From: Maribacter sp. 2-571
GTDB lineage: Bacteria > Bacteroidota > Bacteroidia > Flavobacteriales > Flavobacteriaceae
Assembly (NCBI RefSeq): GCF_050589625.1
Contig: NZ_JBNGOP010000003.1
Span: forward strand, 87,023-151,022
DNA length: 64,000 nucleotides
Reading direction: 5' to 3'
Shown here: one piece after another, positions 29,348-36,719 of the stretch
Layout of the letters: each line of letters starts with the position of its first letter
Position numbering within the stretch: position 1 is the stretch's first letter
The notes under the pieces: model-generated
Seen by the model: only the letters and a program-made list of their open reading frames with translations
What the model was told of the DNA's origin: nothing
Database searches by the model: none
Program-made: the position numbers and the translations under genes

Positions 29348-30245
29348 GGGGAATATTTTGAATTCATGTTAATTTTTTGGGGTTTCTATCAACTTTTCAA
29401 ACGGCTCTTTTACGCTATGATCCAGATGTACACATGCCCGCCACTGGTGCGTTTTACCAAGGCTTGCCTTGAGTTTTACGCGTACGCTTGTATGCATGGG
29501 ATTGTACCAAGGATGTTAGCGAAAATTTGGTTTTGGAAAGTGAATGCTACCTGTGAATGCCATGGTATCGCACCAGCTATTACAAAGCTGACATGAACAC
29601 CAATACGCATATCGGGGCATTTCTAAGCTATGGCGGCGGATCGGAGAAACGGCGCAGTAGCATCGATTGGAATACAAGAAAGATTTTTAAAAAAATCTGA
29701 AAAAAGTAGGTTCTACCACAAAGGCAACGTTCAATCATAACATGTATATAATTTTGGGTTACTTAAAAAAATACATGTTGGTTTGGCCATATATTGACAC
29801 GGTCATTGCTTGGGGCATTTTAAAAACAATGTACCCGTACCAAATATAAGAAGTGGTAAAAGTACTTGTAATTAGCTAGTTATAACTGCTAATTTGCAAA
29901 TTTGGATAACAAATATGAAGACCGTTGGCATTAAAAACCAGGGTTTGGAAAACTGGTTTTTACGGATATTCCCTTATTCTATAACCGATAGCAGATGAAT
30001 TTGAAACAGCGGTAGTTACGTGTAGATTATGATTTTTTTGACCTTAGGGAAGGTACTAAAGAGACCACCAAAAGAAGGGTCTTGTTCTCCAAAACCAGGA
30101 TTTCTTGCGATAATTAACCTATTTCAGTCATAATAACTGGCAAGTTTTGGTTCAAAATGCCAAGGTCGGCAGTAGTAAAGTCGGCTTACCCGTAATGGCA
30201 CAAACTCAAAAAACCAAGACTATCCATTTTAATTAAGCGATACCC

Positions 30246-31346
30246 CTAATAATTTAAAAATTGTTTTTTGTACTGATTCGGTGTCATTCCAGTAGCTTCC
30301 TTAAAATTGGCGTAGAAGCTCGACTCTGATTTGAAACCACTGTCTATGGCAATGGAAAAAATTGTTAGATTTTGATTTTCAGATTTTTGCAATAACTTCT
30401 TGGCTTCTTCGATTCTTTTTTCTTTTATAAACTGGCTAAAGCTTTTCCCCAGTTCATCGTTCAAAAACTTTGACAATAAGTAGGGTCGAATATCGAGTTT
30501 TTGAGCCAGTTTATGTTCGTTAAGTTCTGTATCCAAATAGAGCTTTTTTTCATTTATCTGCTCCAACACAAGGGACATTTCCTCGGAGAGGGGGGGATTG
30601 TGAGCATTTAAACCAGTTTGAAAATTAGGAAACCCGGCAAGTATACGCGGATATCTTATGAAGAGATAGCTACTAATAAAAAGTATGAAACAAGTAAATA
30701 TGATATAATTGAGATGCGTTATCGGCCTTATCATCATTAACGAGCTCTTGGTAGTTATTAGTACCTCGCTTAGAATGGAGAAGAGTAGATTAAAAAAACT
30801 GATATAGGTAATCACCGCTAAAAAAATAATCAAGGTTTTGGGCCACGTCAAGAGTTTTCTGTATTTATTCTTAAAAGATGTTTTAGCCAAACGAAAATCC
30901 GGTAGCATCTTCAATAGCAAAATTAATTTCCATCCAAAGACTACGATTAAACTTCCCTTATGTAGCCGCGTTCCGATGTAATCATGAAAATCAAGGTCGT
31001 TTTTAAAACAAACAAAACCCAACAGCAATAAGGACCAAATAAGACAGGGTGCAAAAAGTATTCGATAATCTATGGTGAGATTTTTGTTGAATATCTTTTT
31101 TAAGTAAATATAAAGTAGGGTAGGAAGCAGTAAATCTAAAATATCGGGCACCACCAATAATTGTGGGGTATTAAACTTAACTTCTGTAAACCGCAAAACA
31201 TATTGAAACGTGATATTAGTAGATATCACAAAAAAGATAAATGACAAAAGGTAATTGCCATACCCCTTTTTTACTAGGGGGATTACAATACCAACCAATA
31301 CACTTTGAATTATTCCCCAGATGAATAAGGCAATAGTCATCCTCAA
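30246..31346 (-). CDS. Membrane-embedded AraC-family transcriptional regulator
   Basis: About 7 N-terminal TM helices; C-terminal AraC HTH (LAQKLDIRPYLLSKFLNDELGKSFSQFIKEKRIEEAKKLL ... SIAIDSGFKSESSFYANFKEATGMTPNQYK). Confidence 0.75.
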   Translation of the reverse strand: MRMTIALFIWGIIQSVLVGIVIPLVKKGYGNYLLSFIFFVISTNITFQYVLRFTEVKFNTPQLLVVPDILDLLLPTLLYIYLKKIFNKNLTIDYRILFAPCLIWSLLLLGFVCFKNDLDFHDYIGTRLHKGSLIVVFGWKLILLLKMLPDFRLAKTSFKNKYRKLLTWPKTLIIFLAVITYISFFNLLFSILSEVLITTKSSLMMIRPITHLNYIIFTCFILFISSYLFIRYPRILAGFPNFQTGLNAHNPPLSEEMSLVLEQINEKKLYLDTELNEHKLAQKLDIRPYLLSKFLNDELGKSFSQFIKEKRIEEAKKLLQKSENQNLTIFSIAIDSGFKSESSFYANFKEATGMTPNQYKKQFLNY

Positions 31347-31396
31347 ATATAATCATCAAATATTAAAGGATTTAAATGAGGTTTAAATAGCATGAC

Positions 31397-31448
31397 TAAA
31401 AAAAAAATGCGCTAGTACACTTCTTTTTAAAGAAGGTGCCGGCGCATT
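31397..31448 (-). terminator. Rho-independent terminator of the SPFH gene (also present in the duplicated copy at 22177-22225)
   Basis: Minus strand: AATGCGC...(loop)...GCGCATT followed by a T9 run. Confidence 0.6.
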
Positions 31449-31450
31449 CA

Positions 31451-32557
31451 CTACTTGTTTACAGCAAAAATCTCTTTTAACTGTTTGACCATACCCCCGT
31501 TCCCGGAGACGGTGATCTCACCAATCTTTTCGGCGATTTTCTCCACATATTCCATCTCTTTCAACTTGAAGAGCATTTCGTTTTCTTCCATTAGTTTAGC
31601 GGTGTTCAGCAAACTTCGGGTAGAAGCGGTCTCTTCACGTCGTGTAATGGTATTGGCCTGTGCCTGTTTTTGTGCCACAAGCACTTGGTTCATGATAGCC
31701 TTCATTTCACCCGTTAAGATGACATCTCGGATACCACAGTTCAGTACTTGTACGCCCAGGTCGGCCGCTGTTGTCTTGATTTCGGAAAATACCGCATCGG
31801 CGATGCGTTCCTTTCGCTCTAACAGCTCATCCAAGGTATAGGTGCCTATGTAGGCACGCAATACCAATTGAATGGCAACATATAACTGCTTTTCGTAGTC
31901 TTTGTTTTCCAACAAGGCCTTTTCAATAGCAACTACTTTATACTGGGTATAGCAGTTGATTCGAATAGCGGCCTTGTCCTTGGTCAACAATTCTTGCCCT
32001 GAGATCTCGAGTTGCAATTGTCGCATATCGGCGCGTGCAATCTTTACCGAGGTATCGTTTTTCCAGAAGTGGTATACCCCACTGTCCAGAACCTTCACGA
32101 AGGTATCCTCGACCAGTAACAGCGCTTTTTCGTATGCCAAAATCTCCAATACACGAATGTAAGGGCGCAGCAACGGATGGCCTAGCAGCATTTTGCCAAT
32201 GGGTTCGGTGATGTAGATTTTACTTAAATCGGCCATCACGAACTCATAATTGATCAATCCTTTCCAGAAAGCATATTTACCGGCTGCAAGCACTTTTTTC
32301 AAAGTCCCGTTTTCAGATACCAATGCCAACTCCGCATCTTTTACCTCGATAACGTGCAATAGTGCCTCCAAACCTTGGTCCTGTAGCAAAATCTCCAATG
32401 CTATCGGGGCCACAAAGGCTTTGGTGAGGTCGTATACCATGACCATGTTTCGTAGGCCTACCCAGTGTGTGCCTTGGGTAATAACGTTTTGGTAATCTCC
32501 ATTTTTGAAGACCAAACCTACTTTTCCTGCATTGATTCGTACTCGTTTCATCATCAT
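31451..32557 (-). CDS. SPFH/band-7 (slipin/flotillin-like) domain protein
   Basis: 368 aa; band-7 core followed by a long coiled-coil C-terminal region (VAQKQAQANTITRREETASTRSLLNTAKLMEENEMLFKLKEMEYVEK). Confidence 0.75.
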   Translation of the reverse strand: MMMKRVRINAGKVGLVFKNGDYQNVITQGTHWVGLRNMVMVYDLTKAFVAPIALEILLQDQGLEALLHVIEVKDAELALVSENGTLKKVLAAGKYAFWKGLINYEFVMADLSKIYITEPIGKMLLGHPLLRPYIRVLEILAYEKALLLVEDTFVKVLDSGVYHFWKNDTSVKIARADMRQLQLEISGQELLTKDKAAIRINCYTQYKVVAIEKALLENKDYEKQLYVAIQLVLRAYIGTYTLDELLERKERIADAVFSEIKTTAADLGVQVLNCGIRDVILTGEMKAIMNQVLVAQKQAQANTITRREETASTRSLLNTAKLMEENEMLFKLKEMEYVEKIAEKIGEITVSGNGGMVKQLKEIFAVNK

Positions 32558-32940
32558 TTTAAATTTGTGTCCGCCTCGCCGGTGACGGACGAACGGGTTA
32601 AACTATCATCATATATTTTAGTTGTTTCTTTTGTTTAAAAAACCGCAGCTGTGGTTCATCCATCGACTACGGAAATATTGGTTTTTGAAGTGTCGGATGA
32701 TTTGTTTTTTAGTATGCTTCCATCGGCTTTGCCAAAGGTGTTCATTGGTTTTTTCCAAGGGAGGGATATTCAAAAAGAAATGACCTTCCACATCAAATAG
32801 TCAACATTTCAAGGTAGTATTAAGACTGTTTGCCTTTCCGAAGAAAAGCCGACCGATCCATAACTACGGTTTTTTGTCATTTTAAGTCTAACAGGACTTG
32901 GAGACCAGTTTTAAAAGATGGTCGGCTTTAGAAAATGGAT

Positions 32941-33115
32941 TTTCAGTCCATATCCCACGTTATGAGCGTGGTGCTCTACCAACTGAGCTATCCCGATGCT
33001 GGCGGGAGCAGGAGTCGAACCTGCGCATCCTTCTGTTGTTCTAACCTAACTGAACTACGGTTCCAAATAGAACCGACGGGATTCGAACCCGTGACCGACA
33101 GATCTGAGACCATTT
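32941..33115 (-). pseudogene. Cluster of scrambled tRNA gene fragments (Asp-type 3' half, Asp-type 5' half, a 3' T-arm/acceptor fragment, an anticodon-CAT tRNA lacking a matching 3' acceptor)
   Basis: Minus strand reads ...GGTCACGGGTTCGAATCCCGTCGGTTCTA-TTT-GGAACCGTAGTTCAGTTAGGTTAGAAC-AACAGAAGGATGCGCAGGTTCGACTCCTGCTCCCGCCA-GCATCGGGATAGCTCAGTTGGTAGAGCACCACGCTCATAACGTGG... The acceptor halves do not pair within any unit. Confidence 0.6.
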
Positions 33116-33159
33116 TTTGGAAAACAGCCGAAACCTTCAAGTCAAGTTGTATATGAAGA

Positions 33160-34500
33160 CCTAATACTTCTCAGTAAGACTTCACACAATAGTGCTATAC
33201 AGAAACACCCAACAAGACCCGCTTGATACTTTATTCCCGCGAAGGCGGGAATCTTTTACGATTTCCCTATGCGAAGCGTAGGCCTCGCCATGGAATCTTA
33301 TCTTTCAATGAACTTTAATAAACCTGGCAACACGCCTTGTTGCTGCGAGGCACCCCCGCAAACCACGATAAGCTGCGGTTTGCACTATATTTTAAAAAAA
33401 CGTGCTGGGAATACCCACGCTTATGGACAAGCTTTCGTAGGAGTATGGCGAACGCTTTCCCTACTTTTCCACGCGCCTTCCGTTGCTTTGGAAATTGCGT
33501 ACCTGTCCGATGCCAAATACATTGTAGCCGTTCGGCAACTTAGACCCGGCCTGCATAGCGGTTTTTGGCCGCGCTTTGCAATTACGGGGGTTGGCTCCCC
33601 CACCGTTCACAGGTGTCCCCTTGCGGGGCGACCTATTGGAATGTTCACCGCATGGTATCGGCTTGCGACCGCTACCACCCCATATGTTACAATGGGTTTA
33701 GGCAACTACTAGCTGCTACAATGCCCGAAGTCTTTCGCTTTTTATGTTCTATAAAATTTTGGAAAAAAGTCTAGTAACAATTAATCATTTGACCTGGAAG
33801 AAGGGCTTCGAGAATGGCTCCGTAGATTTTGGCCTACAAAATACCAACCTTCTTCCTGTAAGCTTCCCAGCTTACGGCAGTTCCAGCCACCGAACAGTTT
33901 ACCTGTCGGGTTACTTTTATGCTGTAATCGGCACCGTTAAATCGGATGGTTTAAGCGTTACCGAGAACTACAACTTTTCCTGTTGGTGTCTCCACCGCAA
34001 GCCTACTTTTGGTCGGCTATATTTTTCTAAGGCCTCTCAGCGGTCGCCCCTGAGGCCTTGTAAAAATATGTTGGTTGCTTGCTTACCTGTACTCCCCCCG
34101 AAGGGGATAGTCTCCATTTGCGAGGCCCGCAAATAGATTTATCCTTGTTACCAAGTTTATCTAAGGACGATAAGCCGCCCCGTCATTTACAAGAAATGAC
34201 GATTTTTTTCGTAGAAGCCCATGATATGGACTCCTTTTTATTTCAATGAACTTTAGTTGAGCCTCACAACACTCCTAGTTGCTGCGAGGCACGCTCACAA
34301 ACCTCTTTTTAAAAGGCTTGTTTTTAAATACTGGGCAAAATTGAATCATAACTACGCAATTATTATGCGTAGATATTTTTTTTCATCGCATTACTTCTGC
34401 GTCGTCACGCTGAGCCTGTCGAAGCGCATTTCATTTTTGCTCGCCCCTCGACAAGCTCGGACTGACAATGCGTTGTTCATTTGACCATCTTTATTGCGGT
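33160..34500. other. ORF-free, hairpin-dense region of about 1.3 kb containing a duplicated ~90-nt motif (TTTCAATGAACTTTA...GTTGCTGCGAGGCAC) at ~33294 and ~34225, each followed by a plus-strand terminator-like hairpin
   Basis: No credible ORF. Many perfect hairpins (ggcctctcag...ctgaggcc, gtaagcttcccagcttac, ccccgaagggg). Terminator-like hairpins at 33365-33405 and 34352-34384 on the plus strand. Confidence 0.4.
34352..34384 (+). terminator. Rho-independent terminator (plus strand) inside the noncoding region
   Basis: CTACGCAATTATTATGCGTAG hairpin followed by ATATTTTTTTT. Confidence 0.5.
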
Positions 34501-34509
34501 CTTTTCTTT

Positions 34510-34594
34510 GGGTGTACTCCGGTCCCGACGCTTCGGGAGAACCCTGTTCTTCCCATTCACAGTGGGACGCTTTACCAGATAAGCTAGAGACACC
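34510..34594 (-). ncRNA. tRNA-like element, anticodon GTG (His-like), T-loop replaced by a TCCCGA-AGCG-TCGGGA hairpin; the most degenerate member
   Basis: Manual fold: acceptor GGTGTCT/GTACACC (one mismatch); anticodon arm TCCCA-CTGTGAA-TGGGA; then GTTC plus hairpin. Confidence 0.35.
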
Positions 34595-34599
34595 ATTTG

Positions 34600-34671
34600 A
34601 AGATCCGAAAGGAGTTGAACCTTTACGCCAAGGATCAAAACCTTGTATGCTAACCGTTACATCACGGATCT
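34600..34671 (-). tRNA. tRNA-Gln (anticodon TTG)
   Basis: AGATCCG-TG-ATGT-AACGGTTA-GCAT-A-CAAGG-TTTTGAT-CCTTG-GCGT-AAAGG-TTCAACT-CCTTT-CGGATCT-T; all stems pair. Confidence 0.8.
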
Positions 34672-34676
34672 ATTTG

Positions 34677-34748
34677 TACTCCATAAGGGAATCGAACCCT
34701 TGTCTTCCGATAGAAAGTCGGATGCACTAGCCACTATGCTAATGGAGC
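34677..34748 (-). tRNA. tRNA-Glu (anticodon TTC)
   Basis: GCTCCAT-TA-GCAT-AGTGGCTA-GTGC-A-TCCGA-CTTTCTA-TCGGA-AGAC-AAGGG-TTCGATT-CCCTT-ATGGAGT-A. Confidence 0.8.
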
Positions 34749-34754
34749 ATTTCT

Positions 34755-34848
34755 TCTGAGAAGCAACCCCGATGCTTCGGGGGAACTTGCGACCTCCCGC
34801 TTCCAAAGCGGGTAAACATCTCCCGAAGCTTCGGGATTATCTTCCCAG
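34755..34848 (-). ncRNA. tRNA-like element, anticodon TGG (Pro-like); both the D-arm (TCCCGAAGCTTCGGGA) and the T-loop (CCCCGAAGCATCGGGG) are replaced by palindromic hairpins
   Basis: Acceptor CTGGGAA/TTCTCAG; anticodon arm CCCGC-TTTGGAA-GCGGG; T region GCAA-G-TTC-hairpin-TTGC. Confidence 0.4.
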
Positions 34849-34852
34849 TTTG

Positions 34853-34936
34853 CAGTACCGACGGCCCCGAAACTTCGGGGGAACCCGTACCTTCCCGATA
34901 GACAGTCGGGCGCTCTAGCCTTTGAACTACGGTACT
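34853..34936 (-). ncRNA. tRNA-like element, anticodon GTC (Asp-like), canonical acceptor/D/anticodon arms, T-loop replaced by the CCCCGA-AGTT-TCGGGG hairpin
   Basis: AGTACCG-TA-GTTC-AAAGGCTA-GAGC-G-CCCGA-CTGTCTA-TCGGG-AAGGT-ACGG-G-TTC-[CCCCGAAGTTTCGGGG]-CCGT-CGGTACT-G; acceptor stems perfectly complementary. Confidence 0.5.
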
Positions 34937-34939
34937 TTG

Positions 34940-35010
34940 CGCGTCCGTAAGGATTCGAACCTCAATCCTAGGTTTTGGAGACCCAGATGCTGCCATTACA
35001 CCACAGACGC
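34940..35010 (-). tRNA. tRNA-Trp (anticodon CCA)
   Basis: GCGTCTG...TGGGT-CTCCAAA-ACCTA-GGATT-GAGG-TTCGAAT-CCTTA-CGGACGC-G; short D-arm but all stems pair. Confidence 0.75.
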
Positions 35011-35014
35011 GTTG

Positions 35015-35108
35015 TGGAAGCAGTAGCCCCGACACTTCGGGGGAACCTACATGTCATTTCTGAACCTGATTTACAGTCAGGCGAGCCAGCCAGTTGCTCA
35101 ATGCTTCC
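35015..35108 (-). ncRNA. tRNA-like element, anticodon GTA (Tyr-like, type II with long variable arm), T-loop replaced by the CCCCGA-AGTG-TCGGGG hairpin
   Basis: GGAAGCA-TT-GAGC-AACTGGCTG-GCTC-G-CCTGA-CTGTAAA-TCAGG-[variable arm]-GTAG-G-TTC-[hairpin]-CTAC-TGCTTCC-A; acceptor and D-stems perfect. Confidence 0.55.
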
Positions 35109-35117
35109 AAAATTTCA

Positions 35118-35243
35118 GAGACAAGGATGAGATTACTCACGCTATCTCTATTCTTTCTTAAGTAGTTCGTGAATGCTTTGCATTTCGAACTTATAAAAAA
35201 TGGTTTTGCAGGCCATTGCCTTAACCATTCAGCCACCTTGTCT
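35118..35243 (-). ncRNA. Degenerate tRNA-like element (possible GCA/Cys-like anticodon) with a ~75-nt hairpin-rich insertion in place of the T-arm
   Basis: Acceptor AGACAAG/CTTGTCT pairs perfectly; D-arm GGCT...; anticodon region AATGG-CCTGCAAAA-CCATT; remainder is nested hairpins. Confidence 0.25.
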
Positions 35244-35249
35244 ATTTGG

Positions 35250-35346
35250 CGGAGGGTAAAGCCCCGACGCTTCGGGGGAACCTTCACTACCTTTGGTAGA
35301 CTCGCTTAGCAGGCGAGCGCAACAAACCAGTATTTGCCTACCCTCC
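35250..35346 (-). ncRNA. tRNA-like element, anticodon GCT (Ser-like, type II long variable arm CTACC-AAA-GGTAG), T-loop replaced by the CCCCGA-AGCG-TCGGGG hairpin
   Basis: Acceptor GGAGGGT/ACCCTCC perfect; anticodon arm CTCGC-CTGCTAA-GCGAG; T region GAAG-G-TTC-hairpin-CTTT. Confidence 0.5.
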
Positions 35347-35527
35347 AGTCACTTCAGCCGTGGCCCCGACACTTCGGGGGAACCCACACGAGACTGGTTA
35401 CTCCGAAAACTTTTAACTCCATCATTTCTACTTTCATAGGTCTCGTTGAATTCGCAAGCTCATTTCAAGAGTGTGGCCACCGCCCTTTGGCTTGCCCTTC
35501 CTTTTTTCAAAAAATAATGCGCATAAA

Positions 35528-35557
35528 AAAAGCATCTCTTTATCGGAGATGCTTTGT
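35528..35557. terminator. Bidirectional rho-independent terminator hairpin
   Basis: AAAAAAAGCATCTC-TTTATCG-GAGATGCTTTGTATAT: 7-bp GC-containing stem flanked by an A-run and a T-run. Confidence 0.5.
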
Positions 35558-35759
35558 ATATATGTGAATGTTGTCTATGACGTCAACACATGATACACGT
35601 ATTTCTCCTTTGTTTACAAATGGACAGTTGATGACTATAAAACCGTTCAAACCATTTCGGCGAACAGCGATGTAGTTCCGCTAATTGTATATGTCTTTTT
35701 AAAAATTCCATTTGTAATAGATTTATACTTTATGACGATGCAAACCTAAAAATGATTTT

Positions 35760-35997
35760 TAGATTACACAAGAAAAAATCAATTTAATTTATTGATAATC
35801 AGGTAGTTATAATTAAAATTTGAGTAATAAGGTTCCTGTCCGTCATATTGCGGATTTTGAATATTTTACACAATCGCCTGTCTACCAATTGTTTCGTGTT
35901 TCAACTAGCTATTCTTGTATTTTTCTACTTCTCATTCAATGGTTAAAATTATTCCATAAAAAAAGCGTCCAATTCAAATTGGACGCTTTCTTTTTAT
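35760..35997 (+). repeat. Copy 1 of a ~230-bp intergenic repeat (promoter-like TTG...TAnnTTTG, ~170 nt, terminator hairpin AGCGTCCAATT/AATTGGACGCT)
   Basis: Direct nucleotide similarity to 39990-40225 (shared ...AATCAATTTAATTTATTGATAATCAGGTAGTTATAATT..., CCTGTCCGT, CAAATGG, CATAAAAAAAGCG-CCAAT...TTGGACGCT). The ORF-track ORF 35820..36008 contains the terminator and is probably not coding. Confidence 0.6.
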
Positions 35998-36170
35998 CGC
36001 TTAATTAAGTCATTTCATAGAATCAACTACTGGATAAAGTCACAAAACGCCCGTTTCGTTCACTATATTCCGAACGAAAATGGTCAAGGCTGAGCCCTAT
36101 ATGTGGGGTGATATGTAACTTTCTCTGTTTCATTTGTACTACAAAGATGTAATTTTTAAACGTTTCGATA

Positions 36171-36719
36171 TTAATTTTTATGCTTTTTCTTTCTCTTTTT
36201 TGAAGAGTACTGCCTCTTTTTTACTTTGGATTTATCCCATTTCAACTTCTTCTTGACCCTGTTCTCCTCTTCTTCGATAAAGGAAAAGTAATCATCATTG
36301 AAAGCATGTTTTTTGGCCTTCTTCAGTTGTTTTATAGCAGCCTTATAATCTTGTTTGGTTTCCGCCGCATACGCGGAAAGCCAAAATAGACTTCCTTTTG
36401 CTATTCCCTTTATACTGAAAGCAAAGGCGATAAGTTTTGCTGCTCTATCGATTTCATCGGCCCAAATAAGGTATTTTGTATAAACAGGATAAACAGTTGT
36501 ATAATCACTGTTTATTGCGATTACTTTATCAAAACAGGCAAAAGCTTCGGCATACCGATTCAAGTTACCAGCATATACTTCCCCCAAAAGGCAAAGTGCC
36601 GCACAATGGTTTTCATCGTAAGACAGGGCATAATTTAATGATTCACAAACTTCGTCCCAGTCATAACCCGATGCCGCCTTGGCTTTTAAATAATAGGTGT
36701 CGGCTATTGTCAATCCCAT
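36171..36719 (-). CDS. TPR-like repeat protein with a highly basic C-terminal tail ([16 protein letters not shown])
   Basis: 182 aa, helical repeats; start overlaps the prfH stop by 10 nt (translational coupling). Confidence 0.55.
   Translation of the reverse strand: MGLTIADTYYLKAKAASGYDWDEVCESLNYALSYDENHCAALCLLGEVYAGNLNRYAEAFACFDKVIAINSDYTTVYPVYTKYLIWADEIDRAAKLIAFAFSIKGIAKGSLFWLSAYAAETKQDYKAAIKQLKKAKKHAFNDDYFSFIEEEENRVKKKLKWDKSKVKKRQYSSKKRKKKHKN

Noticed and set aside
22177-31590. Calling the SPFH-flanked island an active integrative mobile element
   Set aside because: No integrase, recombinase, transposase or excisionase is present, and the flanking repeats are diverged (indel plus about 10-15% mismatch). 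Reported as a likely ancient integration footprint rather than a mobile_element feature.
33269-33712. 147-aa ORF inside the noncoding region
   Set aside because: No RBS, low-complexity and Cys/Pro-rich translation, overlaps dense hairpins and the duplicated sRNA-like motif. Likely a chance ORF in GC-richer structured DNA.
33160-34500. Possible degraded rRNA, tmRNA or RNase P RNA in the ORF-free region
   Set aside because: None of the universally conserved blocks is present. I checked the 16S sequences GTGCCAGCAGCCGCGGTAA and TGTACACACCGCCCGTC, the RNase P sequences GGAAAGTCCGGGCTCC and AGGGTGAAA..GGTGCGGTAAGAGCGCACC, and the tmRNA tag reading frame. A TAACAAGG match to the 16S 3' region is too short to mean anything.
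34500-35420. Seven copies of a CCCCGA-N4-TCGGGG palindrome at irregular spacing looked superficially like a CRISPR-like or REP array
   Set aside because: The spacing is irregular (50-250 bp). Each copy sits at the same structural position inside a tRNA-like fold (T-loop or D-loop). There is no leader or cas genes. The intervening sequences are tRNA arms rather than spacers.
35820-36008. 62-aa ORF (and the analogous 80-aa ORF at 40085-40327) inside the 230-bp repeat copies
   Set aside because: Both read through the terminator hairpin, have no RBS, and the two translations are not conserved although the nucleotide ends are. An ncRNA or regulatory element is more plausible.
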